DNA of 63,422 nt, the filler included, from Octopus bimaculoides (lineage: Eukaryota): assembly GCF_001194135.2 (NCBI RefSeq). It is 4 parts of 3 records of this genome, joined end to end, with 100 filler letters (N's around TTAATTAATTAA, not from the genome) between each part and the next. Parts side by side here need not be neighbours in the genome. Positions count along the whole stretch, not along the records: positions 10,693 to 38,077 come from NC_068990.1; 3 more parts are not named here. One strand, 5' to 3'. The translations under genes and the position numbers were made by a program. Numbering within the stretch: the stretch's first letter is position 1; every line of letters starts with the position of its first letter. The notes beneath the pieces were generated by a model. That model saw only the letters and a program-made list of their open reading frames with translations, did no database searches and was not told the DNA's origin. Positions 12,619 to 26,239 of this stretch are shown here, piece by piece.

Positions 12619-13662
12619 TACGAGGGGTGTTCATTAAACATTTTCCCTGAGCCACTTCCCAAGGATTGGGATAGACGAAACTTGGCAGAATTATTAGTCC
12701 TTCTCTACCTTATCACCAACAATGGTGACACACTCCTTCCATCGCTTTATGCAGCTGTGAAAACCTCGTCTGTAGAAGTCGGTAGGCTGCATCTGGAGCC
12801 AAGACTTCACCTCGGAAATAAGTTCCTCATCATCCGAAAAGTGCTTCCTTTCAAAAAAGACTTCATGGTTGGAAAAAGGTGGAAGTCAAATGGTGCGTGA
12901 TCGGGAGAGTAAGGGGAAAGAAGAAGGAATTCAAAACCGCAATAGTGTGCTTTTATCTAGGCAACATGCACACTGTGAACGAGGGCGTTGTCTTGGAGGA
13001 GGCGGGCTTCATTTGGTCAGCATGCTACACCTCTCTACTTTGATGGCGCCCCGCAGTTTCTACAGCAGAGAAGCATAATATACCCCGTTTATTGTGGTGC
13101 CCTTTGCCAGAAAATCCATCATCACTACTCCGCACTAGTCCAAAAAAACTGTGAGCATCACCTTGCCTGCTGAGGATTGAACACGAGCCTTCTTTGGAGG
13201 TGGTGAGTTATCATGCTTCCATTGCTTTGACTGGACTTTTGTCTCAGGATCATAGTGATGGATCCATGCTTCATCCTGTATGATAAGTCTTCCGAAAATG
13301 TCCTCCTTGTTCTCTTGGCACATTGCCAAATGAGCCTGGGAGCAATCGACTCGTTTCTCCTTCTGAAAAGATGTGGGCATCTGGGGAATCCATCACGTAG
13401 ACAACTTCCGCATGTGCAAATGGTTGTGAATGATTTTTTCCACGGACCGCACACTTATCTTCACTTCTTGGGCTAGTTGCTGAATAGTTATGCGGTGATC
13501 CTCGAAAATGCCGGCTTCCACTTTATGGATGTTGTCGTCATCATTGGCGTAATGTGATCGTCCAGAAATAAAAGCAGTTCCTATCGATTTCCGACCACAT
13601 TTGAACTGGCGATGCCAATGCTTGACTACGTCGTATGATGGTGCATCGTCACCGTAAACTTC
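12619..13662 (-). mobile_element. Mariner transposon remnant (DD34D transposase, frameshifted; one TIR)
   Basis: EVYGDDAPSYDVVKHW, WIPQM, QDEAWIHHYDPETKVQSKQW...SAGKVMLTVFLD, LLQDNALVHS, PYSPDHAPFDFHLF. Mariner-type end tacgaggggtgttcattaa at 12619. Confidence 0.92.
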
Positions 13663-14745
13663 TTATTTTGGTTTGGCTCAAGTTCGGTCTTATTACTGCT
13701 AGGATTTATGTGGGTACCGGGTTACTACCTGTAGCCTTAGGCATACATGAGTTTTAAGTCTTTCAAGTGCTTAGAACCCTCCTGATAATCCTTGCTGTCT
13801 CTAAGAAACAAACTTTCTGTAGGGGCTCTATCGGGAATTCTATTCCGATTTCGTTCAGCTTACTGTTCCCAATGTCCCAATTATTATAGGCACGACCTTT
13901 ACTGTTCTCATGCTCCAAATTTTTCCTATTTCAAATTTTAAGGGATTGTATTTCTTTTTTTGTTTTTCGTCCTCTTCCGTTACGATCCTAGAATCGAACG
14001 GGCGTGATAGGTCGATCAGCAAGCAACTTCGCTTTTCCTTATCTATAATTGTAATTTCCAGTCTACTATTTTCTAACTTATTGTTCATTTAAATAGAAAA
14101 GTCCCACAAAATCTTACATTTCTCCATCTCCCCTAGTCTTTCGACTCAGTGATTGTACCATGAGTTTGCAGCTTTAAATCCCCATTTCTCACACAGTTTC
14201 CAGTGTAAAACTTTTACAACCTGGTTGTATTTCCATTTCTTATATTTTTCCGCTGCCAACTTGGGGCATTCTGTCACAATGTGTGCCACTATCTCATTCG
14301 AAGTTCTACAAGCTCTACATTTTTCTGACACACTCTCCCCATTATATTTTTCTCAAGACGTTTGTTTTTATCGCTTGATCTTAGGCTGCTGCAATTAGGC
14401 TCTCTGTTTCTTTTTTTAACTGCCCCTTTTTTAACAAAGCCCAGGATTTTGTTCCACATACGTCTTCAGTGGTTCTCCAAAATTGGCCACGCCGCGGTTT
14501 CTCTTGAATCTGTCTGACGTGTTTTCTTTCTACTTCATTCTTGTCCCTTTCTCCAATTACGCGCTTGATCACCTGTTCTTCATTTACTGTCTTTAGTAGT
14601 TTTTCTGTGCTGCTCTGTAAATACTCAATTAGGCTTTTTCTTTCCATTTGCACACACTCTGCTATTAAGCTTCTTCTGCCCAAATCTCGCCTCAAGTACA
14701 TCCGGTTGATATCAGCTTTTGGATGGTGGGCTCCATACATTTTCA

Positions 14746-14746
<1 letters not shown>
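13663..14746 (-). mobile_element. 5'-truncated R4/Dong-clade LINE with restriction-like endonuclease end and 3' UTR
   Basis: HPKADINRMYLRRDLG, LKKETESLIAAA, CRAC...HIVTECPKLA, CLLIDLSRPFDSRI...KKYNPLKFEI...KVVPIIIGTLG, LETARIIRRVLST*, then the 3' UTR motif cctaaggctacaggtagtaacccgg. Confidence 0.85.
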
Positions 14747-14789
<43 letters not shown>

Positions 14790-14790
<1 letters not shown>

Positions 14791-14890
14791 TACTTTTAAT
14801 CTACATGTTTGTTACAATCACTTGCCGAGACACACCCAGCGTCCTAGGGCGAGTGAGGTATAAGAGATGTTTAAGTATGGCTGGTACTCT
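14790..14890 (-). mobile_element. 3' terminal stub of a second R4/Dong-like LINE running into (TAA)n
   Basis: The reverse complement gives a degenerate TSH.LKHLL end, the motif cctaggacgctgggtgtgtctcgg, and then the (AAT)n tract at 14748-14790. Confidence 0.45.
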
Positions 14891-16046
14891 AGTTATTCAT
14901 ATAATTGCATAATTGATATATTAAAATAGGTAATTAATTAATTTAGATGTGATGAGTAAACCATTGAAATAAAATTGAAATGTATGTGTGCGCGCGCGTG
15001 TGTATGCATGTGTGTGTGCGCGTGCGTACGTATATGTATTTATATATGTGTTTGCATTGCATTAGCAGGTGTAGCTAAATGTACGTTATGTTTGTGGTAA
15101 GTAGCTTGTTTACCAACCACATGGTTCCGGGTTCAGTCCCACTGCGTGGCACCTTGGACAAGTGTCTCCTACTATAGCCTCGGGCCAACCAAAGCCTTGT
15201 GAGTGGATTTGGTAGACGGAAACTGAAAGAAGCCTGTCGTATATATGTATATATGTATATATATATGTATGTGTGTCTATATGTTTGTGTGTCTGTGTTT
15301 GTCCCACCAACATCGCTTGACAACCGATGGTGGTGTGTTTACGTCCCCGTAACTTAGCGGTTCGGCAAAACAGACCGATAGAATAAGTACTAGGCTTACA
15401 AAGAATAAGTCCTNNNNNNNNNNNNNNNNNNNNNNNNNNNNNNNNNNNNNNNNNNNNNNNNNNNNNNNNNNNNNNNNNNNNNNNNNNNNNNNNNNNNNNN
15501 NNNNNNNNNNNNNNNNNNNNNNNNNNNNNNNNNNNNNNNNNNNNNNNNNNNNNNNNNNNNNNNNNNNNNNNNNNNNNNNNNNNNNNNNNNNNNNNNNNNN
15601 NNNNNNNNNNNNNNNNNNNNNNNNNCAAAACCTGAAATTAGACATTCGGACATTATTTGTGTAAGGCAATACGATCTAGAGGTAGATATATTAGAGAGAG
15701 ATTCCGATACATTTTAGTACGTTTATGCAACTTCTACTACATTATGAGTTCCAATCCTATCCACGCCGGTATTTCTTTTATCCCTCGTTGGTCGATATCA
15801 AACAATTACTAATAATCTAAATGAACTAGCTGAAATGATAGCCACCTTCTTTGAAGTACTACTAACACACTTTCTCTCACAGTCCCTATTCTTCTACCTA
15901 TATACACACACATTCACACACACATACACAGACGCACATACACAGACACACACACATTCACACACACATAACACAGACTCACCTGTTGTTAGACAACGTA
16001 TGAGGGTTCTGCAATTTCTTGCCGAACAATCGCACAGTAATCAAAT

Positions 16047-16082
<36 letters not shown>

Positions 16083-16768
16083 CACATAAGCTCACTCCCT
16101 CCATCAAATCAACATTACATGTCAGATGGTGAAATGATCGCCGAGCACCGTGAAAATGAAGTGTTTTGCTCAAGAACACAACGCAATGTCCAGTCTGGGA
16201 TTTGAACCCACGATCTCGCAATACAACAAAATCTGTTTCAATACTTGAGTTCACATGAAGAATCTTGCTGACCAAATGCAAAAGCAAATGATCCAGATCC
16301 TATTTTCTCGAAATTTCGGTAGCAGTTTAGAAGACAAGAGAACAGACTGGTCATGAAACTTAATGGGCTTCTTGTAAAAGATGAATGCAGTCTATAGGTA
16401 CTCGTTGTACAGATGAAAGCCGTTGATGTCTAAAGAGACAGACTTCTGCAACAAGACTATATAGTCAGGTATAGGAACACTGTAATTGTTATCTTGATAG
16501 TCAGTCAGTTATTGTCAACTAGACAGATTCTAGAATCCAAATGAATATAGTCCATACATAAGTGTTAATTTTATAGATCACTTGCCCTTGGAGCTCACAG
16601 AGATCTTGGTCAATGGGGTTTTTCGATTATCTCTAGAAGTCCTCCTGTGTCAGGAGGACAACATCAAGATCAGCCATTTCCCCCTTCTTTCCTTTTACTG
16701 TTGCATACTATGTATACTTCCCTATCGTATATACTTTATATGCATATTATCATTTCATTATATGCAAA

Positions 16769-17263
16769 CTTGGTACGGTCTCGGGCTCATGTTTCAAACG
16801 ATTTAGGCTCAATTCCAGTGGCTTTTAGTTTGCTTTGAGTTTTTAGTTTCCTTGTATCTTCGAAGAGGGCAACCTCGTGATCGTTTTCCTGAAGAGATCT
16901 CACTGAATAAGACGTGGCATGAGAATCTTGGCTCTTCCATTCTTGCTACATGTCCTGACCATCATGATCAGCGATTCGATACTTTGACTGTTGGCTCTTT
17001 CTTGAACTTTTTGGCGGTGTTCCATCAACATCGGAGCCAAAAGTTTCGAAGCCACCAGAAGAGAAAAAGAAGATATAAAACGACAGGAGAGAAGGATTAG
17101 ACAAAATCAACTTCGTCCTCCACCAACATTGCCATGCATTCAATGCCATCGACTCTTCTATGCAAGAATTCTTCTACAGAGTCGTCAACGGCATCACCAT
17201 AAAGGAAGCGGTCAACAAAGAAGCAAATAAATTGTCGGATACGAGATAAAGCCGACGACGACG
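16769..17263 (+). mobile_element. RTE-clade LINE 3' end with an inverted 5' segment
   Basis: - strand 16769-17011: EVQERANSQSIES...WSGHVARMEEPR...LFSEISSGKRSRGCPLRRYKE...ARDRTK. + strand from 17012: WRCSINIGAKSFEATRREKEDIKRQ...CIQCHRLFYARILLQSRQRHH, then a (GAC)n tail. Flanked by atatgcaaac / atatgtaaac. Confidence 0.85.
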
Positions 17264-17339
17264 ATATGTAAACACCACCGCTTTATGTCTGTCTTTGTAA
17301 TGTCTCTCTCATCCTTAACCCTGATGGCAAATAAATGAA

Positions 17340-17462
<123 letters not shown>

Positions 17463-17687
17463 GTTGTTATTGTTACTAGTGAGGGTGTAGACGCCTGTTT
17501 TGGTGATGTTGTTCTGTTTGTGTTTCTTATAATGGTCGTCGTATGTTGCCGTTTAGCGAGGAATTGTTCTCTCCTAACATTTATTGTTTCAGAACAAGCT
17601 CTTAGACCAGCTGGGACATGTCTGGGAGGGCATATGTCAAATAAACGAATCCATAAGACCGCTTACATAGATGAAACACGTCTACAC

Positions 17688-17772
<85 letters not shown>

Positions 17773-18769
17773 ATGCTCACACATACACACACACAGACAT
17801 ACCATGCTCACACATACACATACAAATACACACAAATATGCATACACATAAACACACACTTGTTTTGTATGTCTGTCCCTTTCTGACCCACACGTGTACT
17901 CTCTCATTCTTTCACATTTTTACACCTTGTTTGGAATTGGAATTAAAGAAAACAACACCGCGAAAAAGACAAGACTTTCTGTTTTTTAGAAACTTCCTCC
18001 ATTCCCCTGCATCCAACACCAACCTCATTTCCCCATTTCCACTAAAAAATATACCAACACCGCAACAGCAATTGTTTCTACTACTAATACAACTATCAAT
18101 GGTAAAAAGTACCGCAAAACCATCAGCAACAACAACAACAATTGCTACTACTATTACTACTATTACTACTACTACTACTATTGCTGCTGCCGCTGCTGCT
18201 GCTGCTGCTATCTCCATTATCACCGTTTTCTTTGCCTTCCTATGTCAATGCCATTAACAGAAGTTGTTACGGTAGCCGCCTCCACTGCCGTACCCAACCC
18301 GCCACTAAAACCATCAAAACCGTCACACCTAACACCAACACAACTACCGCTGCAACAATAACCAACACACACCACTAGTACCCCAACACACACTCAACCA
18401 CGGGCATCGGCAACGACAACAAAAGCAGCACCACTACAACCATCATCACCACCACCACCACCACCACCGTCATCATCACCACCATCCCTACCACGACCAC
18501 CGCCACCACCTCCATCGGCAGCAAGAATGAGCCAACGAGGGACGCCTGGATGTGGTGGTTCGACATGCTAAAAACAGCAGCTAACAGTTTCACTTTACTG
18601 TCTTAAGGACACATAAGTGAATGTATCCTATATATATATATATANNNNNNNNNNNNNNNNNNNNNNNNNNNNNNNNNNNNNNNNNNNNNNNNNNNNNNNN
18701 NNNNNNNNNNNNNNNNNNNNNNNNNNNNNNNNNNNNNNNNNNNNNNNNNNNNNNNNNNNNNNNNNNNNN

Positions 18770-18809
<40 letters not shown>

Positions 18810-19874
18810 CTGAAAAGACAGAGGACTATCGTTGATCATAAATCATCTCACTTAAGCTGACCCAGGGTTAAACAGCGACGACCACAGCAATGGCGACGGC
18901 ATTGCCATCACCTCCGACACAGCCACCATTTTCGCAAACTCCACAACAACCGTCATCTTCAAAACACCTTTTTCTTGGACATTAATAAAAATAAATAAAA
19001 TTACAATATTATTTCAGCCCCTGAAATGTTCTTTAATCTTAGGGGGCGGGTGAGGGACAAATAAAAAAAAACTATATCCTGAGTGACACAGCTCACCCCT
19101 ACTTCACCTCCACCGCCTCAACAAGCTTTTCTCTGTTATTGTTCTCCGCCAGACGAAGTTAAAAACAAGCTGGAATAAAAACAAGCTTTCATTGTCATGT
19201 TGTTGTTGTCGTTGTTATTGTTGTTGTTGTTGTGTTAATTTAGCTTCCTAATGTAAAATAAACAGAACAAGTCATTACCCCATACTCACGTTTCGTTGAT
19301 GTGGGTAGCAATGGGGGTATAAACGGGGTGATGTTTTAAAGAAACTATTTTCAGTGTCAAACTTCTACCCCGGTCACCACAAAGCTATGTGGGTGCTGTC
19401 TAACTGGACCTGGCTTTCGCCCACCCACTCATACATTATTAACACGTCTGCTTCATGATGTAGGACTCCAAGCTTGCTTCGATCTCACACTCTCCTGATT
19501 ACAACACAAAAATGGATTTAATGATCACAAAATGTGTTTATGACACTGGAACTGCAAATATATAAAATGAACCTCAGTTGCAATCGTTATACTTCTGTCC
19601 TCGTTATCATGGATGTTTGGTTAAAAAATAAAGTACCGTGTTAAATGAGCGAGTGCTAAATAAATACAAAACATATTGTAATAATCTGTCTCATTCCCAA
19701 ACCTCAAGCTGTCCAGAGTACTGTGAATGGTCGACGGGGTGCGCTTTTTGCAGTCTAAACAGAATTTTCGACTGAGCGCCGACCCGTCTTATCACAGATC
19801 AATTTGTGATAACCGTAACATGGTTCATAATTAGCGTGCCGTGTTGTCCCAGGCCAGTGATAAACAAGGATTGA

Positions 19875-20320
19875 TGTACATAAATACATACATACATACA
19901 AGCGCAGACATCTCAGCTCTTCATACATGCATGCATACATAAATGCATACATATATGCATACATGCATACATACATGCATGCATACGAGCATATATATAT
20001 GCACACATGCAGACATGCAAATACACATACGTACATGCATGCATATATACAAATATGCATACATACATACATGTAAACACACATGCATACATGCATGTAT
20101 ATATACATAGATACATGCATACATACATACACATACATACATACATACATACATGCATGCATACATGCATACATACATGTAGACATACATGCATACATGC
20201 ATGTATATATACTTAGATACATGCATACATACATACACATACATACATACATGCATACATGCATGCATATATACATAGATACATGCATGCATATATACAT
20301 ACATACATACATACATATGT
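19875..20320. repeat. Composite (CATA/GCAT/TACA)n microsatellite
   Basis: Directly visible; similar tracts at 33395-33660 and 35500-35830. Confidence 0.9.
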
Positions 20321-20745
20321 ATGTGATGATTGCTTCATCTTGACAGATGATAGCCGTCTCAATCCATTCACCTCATCCTGTTAATCTCCAATATTTGTGT
20401 GCGCTCTTAGATGACTCATACATAGAAAACTCCGCTGAAGCAATTTGCAATTTCTGTCCATACAAACATGACAACGGCTTCAGGATAAATTGCCACTCGA
20501 CTTAAGAGTAGATGCATGAGAGTGTTTTCCAACAGGTTAAATTGACATATGTCACCACTCCTTCATCGTTAGAGGACTTTAATAGACAGAGATGATGAAC
20601 CAGATAGAATGAGATGTCTGTAGGTCATTGGATTAAAGTATAGCCCTCTCTAAGTATCAATAACTGGGGTCCAATGACAAATAGTCCAAAGTGACTGGCA
20701 GCTACATGAACTTCAGGTTTGACTTCAGAATACCTTCTCTTGGAC

Positions 20746-21087
20746 CAGTGGTTTTCAACCAGGTTCCATATGACCCCTAGGAGTCCATGTACGACTTTCG
20801 GAGACCCATGCAAGCAAAATAATAAATTGGGGTCCCATAGAGGTATTTTTAAGAGTCTGTGAAAAACTTTTGCTTTACATGTTTTTATTGCAAGAAACAG
20901 CAAAGTTCCTTTCCCAAACGCTTTACACAGATCAACTTAATGCAAGTTATGGTGTGAAACACAAAATAGCAATTTAGAAAAGAGTGTATATAAAATTAGT
21001 TTTTACACATCAAATAGCCTTAGGGGCCCACCAGAATAGAAAAGTAATCAAAGAAATCTATAGATAAAAAATTACTGAGAACCATTG
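20746..21087. mobile_element. hAT (Charlie-like) MITE
   Basis: Ends cagtggttttcaacc ... actgagaaccattg. The 8-bp flanks tcttggac / tcttaaac match at 6 of 8 positions. Confidence 0.7.
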
Positions 21088-21360
21088 TCTTAAACTTTTC
21101 CCATAAAAAGGACACCTACAAATCAGCAGGGATTTGCAAGAAACATTGCACACGATTAGGAGGCCGTTGACTCTCGTGAATTCAGCTGCCCTTTAATGTG
21201 TCTTAATTTTTATTTCGTAGTATCTAGAAATCATTTTATTCACAAAGCAGGCTCAGTGAAGTTGCCAGTTTAGACACCGATGACTTAGCCATGCAACAGA
21301 TTGTACAGGGTTACATGTTACAGGTAGCATTTTAACCTGTTCTGGCACTGATTTTCTATA

Positions 21361-21500
21361 TATCGCTAGCGGGGAGATGAGTCGCAGCTATCTCTAGCGG
21401 TCGAGTGTCCATCACCGATGAGAAAAAGGAAAGTCGAAATCCCGTGATCTGGAGATCCCAGTGCGAGAGTTGGTGGGGATTTATCTCCCCGCTAGCGATA
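21361..21500. mobile_element. 140-bp MITE with perfect 18-bp TIRs and TA flanks
   Basis: ta-TATCGCTAGCGGGGAGAT ... ATCTCCCCGCTAGCGATA-ta, a perfect 20-bp inverted match including the TA. Confidence 0.8.
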
Positions 21501-21845
21501 TAAACAAGCATACATTTTTCACCTAAAGCCAATACAAGAGTTCTCTCATAATATCTACCGCAGTTAAGTTTGTTCTAATCAACTTTTAAGTGGGTATAAA
21601 TATTACCTCACGATATTAATACTGCTTCTGTTGTATATAGCATGTATAGCATTTTAGAATGACTCAATGTAACATATATGAGTATAACACGTATAACATA
21701 CATACATATATACATACATACATATATCTGCACACATGCACAACAATAAAATAAACGCAAGTTTATTCACACAACACGCTCGCATATACGCATGTATCAA
21801 CCAATCCAGATAACCAGAAACCCCATGTGTTCATGTTTGCGTGTT

Positions 21846-21888
<43 letters not shown>

Positions 21889-22152
21889 ACCTCTGTCTCC
21901 TTGTGTGTGCGTGTTTGAGTGTGTCTATGTATGTGTATGGGTTTGTGTGACTGTACGTGCATCTGTTATGTATGGACGTGTGTTTCCATATGTGTGTGTG
22001 TGTGTGAGGTATGCGTGTGTGTATATGGTCATGTATTTCAGTCTCTTTTTGTGTATGTATGTATGTATGTATGTGTGTGTGCTTCTCCGTCCGTATTATG
22101 TATTTACCCATCTATTTATCTATCAGTTTACATAGATATCCATTTACCTACT

Positions 22153-22184
<32 letters not shown>

Positions 22185-22202
22185 TGTATGTATGTATGTG
22201 TG

Positions 22203-22252
<50 letters not shown>

Positions 22253-22339
22253 CATAACAGCCTACTAACAAATCTACCCGTGTGTGTATAGACTGTGGGT
22301 ATTGGAGTGTCACTACCTTTTATGTATATCTCCTATTTA

Positions 22340-23570
22340 GTACTAGGGATGTTTCATTGATGAGGACGTACTCCTGTGCTTGGATAAAATGCGGATGTTG
22401 GTCTTTGGCATGTTGGTAAAGTATGGAGGACTGTTTTTGTCGTCATACTGTCTCAAATGTTTATTTAGTCTCTCCGCAATGCTTTTAGATGTCTCACCAA
22501 TGTATATTATGTTCTTGTCTTTACAAGCACCCTCTATGCTCCCTATGCTGTATACTACATTTTTAGTTCTACAGTTAATGCCAGGGTTAATCTTACATAC
22601 CATATCAGTGGTGCATGTGGTATTCTCAAAAGGGTACGTCCTACATAGTTGTGATCTGATGGAGCTCCCTGGTCTTTCAACGATCTTAATGTTGAGTTTG
22701 GCCTCTTTCAGAGCTTTCCTAAATCTTCGGGCTAGTTCACCGTGTACTGTGGCCTCTACAAATATCGCTCCTTGATATGTGTCGGTCTTGTACCACGTGA
22801 TCACCCTTTCGCTTTGTCACAAAGTCTCTGTATCCTATTCGAGTCTTTACTTCTATATCTAGGGCAGTTATCACTGGTTTCATTACATATAATGTTCTCT
22901 AACTTCTTTCTAGCTCCCCTGTATACCCGAACCCTATCTTTCTGATCATATCCAGAGAATTGCATGCGGTGCATGAAGTTCTGTATATGTTTCTTTGTTT
23001 CATAGGGTTCGCATAGGGGGAACACGTTGTTCATTATCTTCAGTCTGCTATCAGTATGTTAATTTTCATGTTGTGTGACAATGCTGAGTTCTTGTGAACA
23101 ACACATTTAGAAGCTATGGGTTTCATGTAATAGGAGTGGAAGAGCTGCACTCTGTTGTTCACAGTTTCTAACCAAAGTTCAGTATTAATAATAGGGAGTC
23201 TTGTTAGGGTGCCAAGTGGGATAATCTATAGTTACCTTGATACTTTGGTGGATGAAGTTAGCTACGAGTTGGATGCTCTCCATTATGCTCCTCTCGGTTT
23301 CTTCACTACAGTTACTGGCCTTTTTTACTAACTAGAATATTAATGTCATCTACATACCTGCAGTAAAGCAAAAGAGTTGTGGATTGTTCAGCTAAGGATT
23401 GCTTATAGTTTCTGTTCCACCAGGTCACGAAGAGACCAGCCACACCGACACCAATGTTAAACTATATGGTTCTTCAAGGTAGATCTTATGCTAGCGCCTA
23501 TTGCATGTGTAATCATTCTTTTCACCTGACTGTTCTTCTCAGGGTCCTTGGTGGGTATGGTCCAGCCACT
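22340..23570 (-). mobile_element. Penelope-like element remnant (RT C-terminal part + GIY-YIG endonuclease)
   Basis: LLYCRYVDDINI (RT), then IFVEATVHGELARR...KIVERPG...C...C...NCRTKNVVY...IYIGETSKSIAERLNKH (GIY-YIG). Confidence 0.88.
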
Positions 23571-23630
23571 TCAGTGTACTGCGTAGCTCTTCTTCATTAA
23601 AGAATCTTGCAAAGCAAGTCCGAAAACGAA

Positions 23631-23712
<82 letters not shown>

Positions 23713-24917
23713 GTGTGTGTGTGTGTGTGTTTGTGTCCGTGTGTCTATGTATGACTTTGTATGCACGTGCATGTGTCAATTCAACGTCATTTTATCGCCA
23801 CCTCCATTCGTCGTCAACCTCCCAGTCAGAATAGGTAGAATAGCACCAAGGTATCTCATTCTGTTATTCTGGTTTTTCTTCTGAAATGTTTGGTTTTGTT
23901 ACACGGTAAAAAAAAAAATGCAATGGCGTGGCGGAGCAGTTATTTTTTAACTTAATGAGTCGAGGAGGTATCGACCCGTTTCTGCGAGTGGTTCTTGGAG
24001 TAACTTAAGATGGTTTAGTAATATATAACATAAATAAATGAAGATGATGATTCCAATGAGATTGAAGAAGGCTATCGATTTCTATCGACTGGGCATCATG
24101 CCAAATTCTGTAGAGGAGAAGATGGTATATATCGAAAACTCAAGGAAAGATAAACAATGAAATTGTTGTTCTTGTTGGCTGCTATTTCTAGAAGGTGGTA
24201 CGACCACATAGAGGTATGTTCGTTGACTGTGGAAGGTAAAATCATCCACCAACGGCGGTGAGTATTTCAAAGAAAAAGAAATTGTCCTCGTCAATTACCC
24301 ACGTATATAACTGGTGACGGGAGTGCTTCCCTGCGGTGATTCGACCTGCGAAAAATAGCAACAAAATTTCCTTCAAATTGCATGGAAATTTCCTTCAAAT
24401 TGCACTTTGTTGTCCAGTAAAAAGCTGATATGGTCGTGGCTGGAACGCCGTTAATTATAACTAAATCAATTAGGGCTGACACTAAACAATCTTCTTCTTC
24501 TTCTTCTTCTTCTTCTTCTTCTTCTTCTTCTTCTTCTTCTTCTTCTTCTTCTTCTTCTTCTATTACTACTACGACTACGACTACTAGTAATATCGCTGCT
24601 GCTGATGACGACGATGATGTTGATGATAATGATCATGATATAGCTACTACGTCTGCTACAAGTAAATGACCCTCCATTGGTTTTGATCAACTAAACTTTC
24701 TGTATCTAAGCGGTTGAGTGCTCCACACGTAAGTGTCCCTTTAAATGTTACCCTCGGAGACAGAATCCTCGTGGTACAGTGTGCATGACAAGGAGTACTT
24801 TTAAATTAAAGGTGCTGTTCCACATTGGTTCCCCCTACCAAATTTCATTCACAAGGTTTGGGTCAACCCGAAGCTCAAAATGTCACATAAAGGAATTGAT
24901 CGCCCGACCTCGTAATA

Positions 24918-24965
<48 letters not shown>

Positions 24966-25556
24966 ATGATTGGTACATGTGTTAGAGACCCCAAAGTGAC
25001 GCAACGCAAATTGATAGTTTAACTAGAAACGCTTTGAAAGTAAAGAAAATATTGTGAACCATAATAAAATGAATCTTGTGGGTACCCAGGTAATAAAAGA
25101 ACAAAAGATTTGCGATGTTTATGTCTTTTTTCCAGTGACATAAATTGCTTTAATATATATGTTCATCGTAACCAACTGATGTTTTACTTTTGGCGGCAAA
25201 AACTTGTCTTATATTTAATTTTATTGCTGCAAGCAGACTTCCTAAAGTCTACTTTCTTTCTATCCCAGTTGCTCGTCTTAATCATATATCTTAATCATAT
25301 TTTGACTTTCTTCCGCCCCAGAGGCTAAAGCTCAAATAGACGCTTTTCCCGTTCCTTTGACCCCCCCCCCCCCCCCTACTGTATCTGCTGACTAACAATC
25401 GCACCCAGAATTGTTGATGCATATAAAGTATGCAGTTCTATCTAGGGTGTCGAAACAGCTAATATCTTTAAGGAGGAAGCAGATGAGAGTTTAATTTTCG
25501 TATATATTCTGCATTTGTAACGTCTGTCATGGTCTTTATCCTTTTATACTATTCTT

Positions 25557-25607
<51 letters not shown>

Positions 25608-25608
25608 T

Positions 25609-25660
<52 letters not shown>

Positions 25661-26239
25661 CTGATTGATTGGCGGATAAATATATATATATATATGTACG
25701 CATGTATATATACATAATCATATTCACACACATATATATATATATAATAATACAAAGAATATATATGCATGTATACACACATATATGTACATGCTTACAT
25801 CTACATGTGTATATAGATGCATATCAGGGTACAGGACGTTAGAACAATGAACTACAGACAACGGAACGAACACATAGGAAAACAGATAGCCACTTGGAAT
25901 TAATCCTTCGTCAGCTGCCTCTATTCTAACTAGACGTTTCAATACCGAACAGTTTCGAAACAACGCCAAAACAACGCCAGATCATACATTCAAAATAAAT
26001 GGAAGTGGAGAGACAAGTTACTGAAGAGATTGCAAGAGTGCAATGAAATAATTTAACAAAAACTATATAAATTAATAAAGGACTGAACCAGTGCGTGTGT
26101 TTATTACTGGCATAATGCCTCTACCAAGGTTTAATAGTATTTCTTTCAACACACGTATCCACATCAAGAATCTTGCACACGAAATACACATACGAAATTA
26201 TTATTATTATTATCATTATTATTGTCCAAGAAATAGAAG

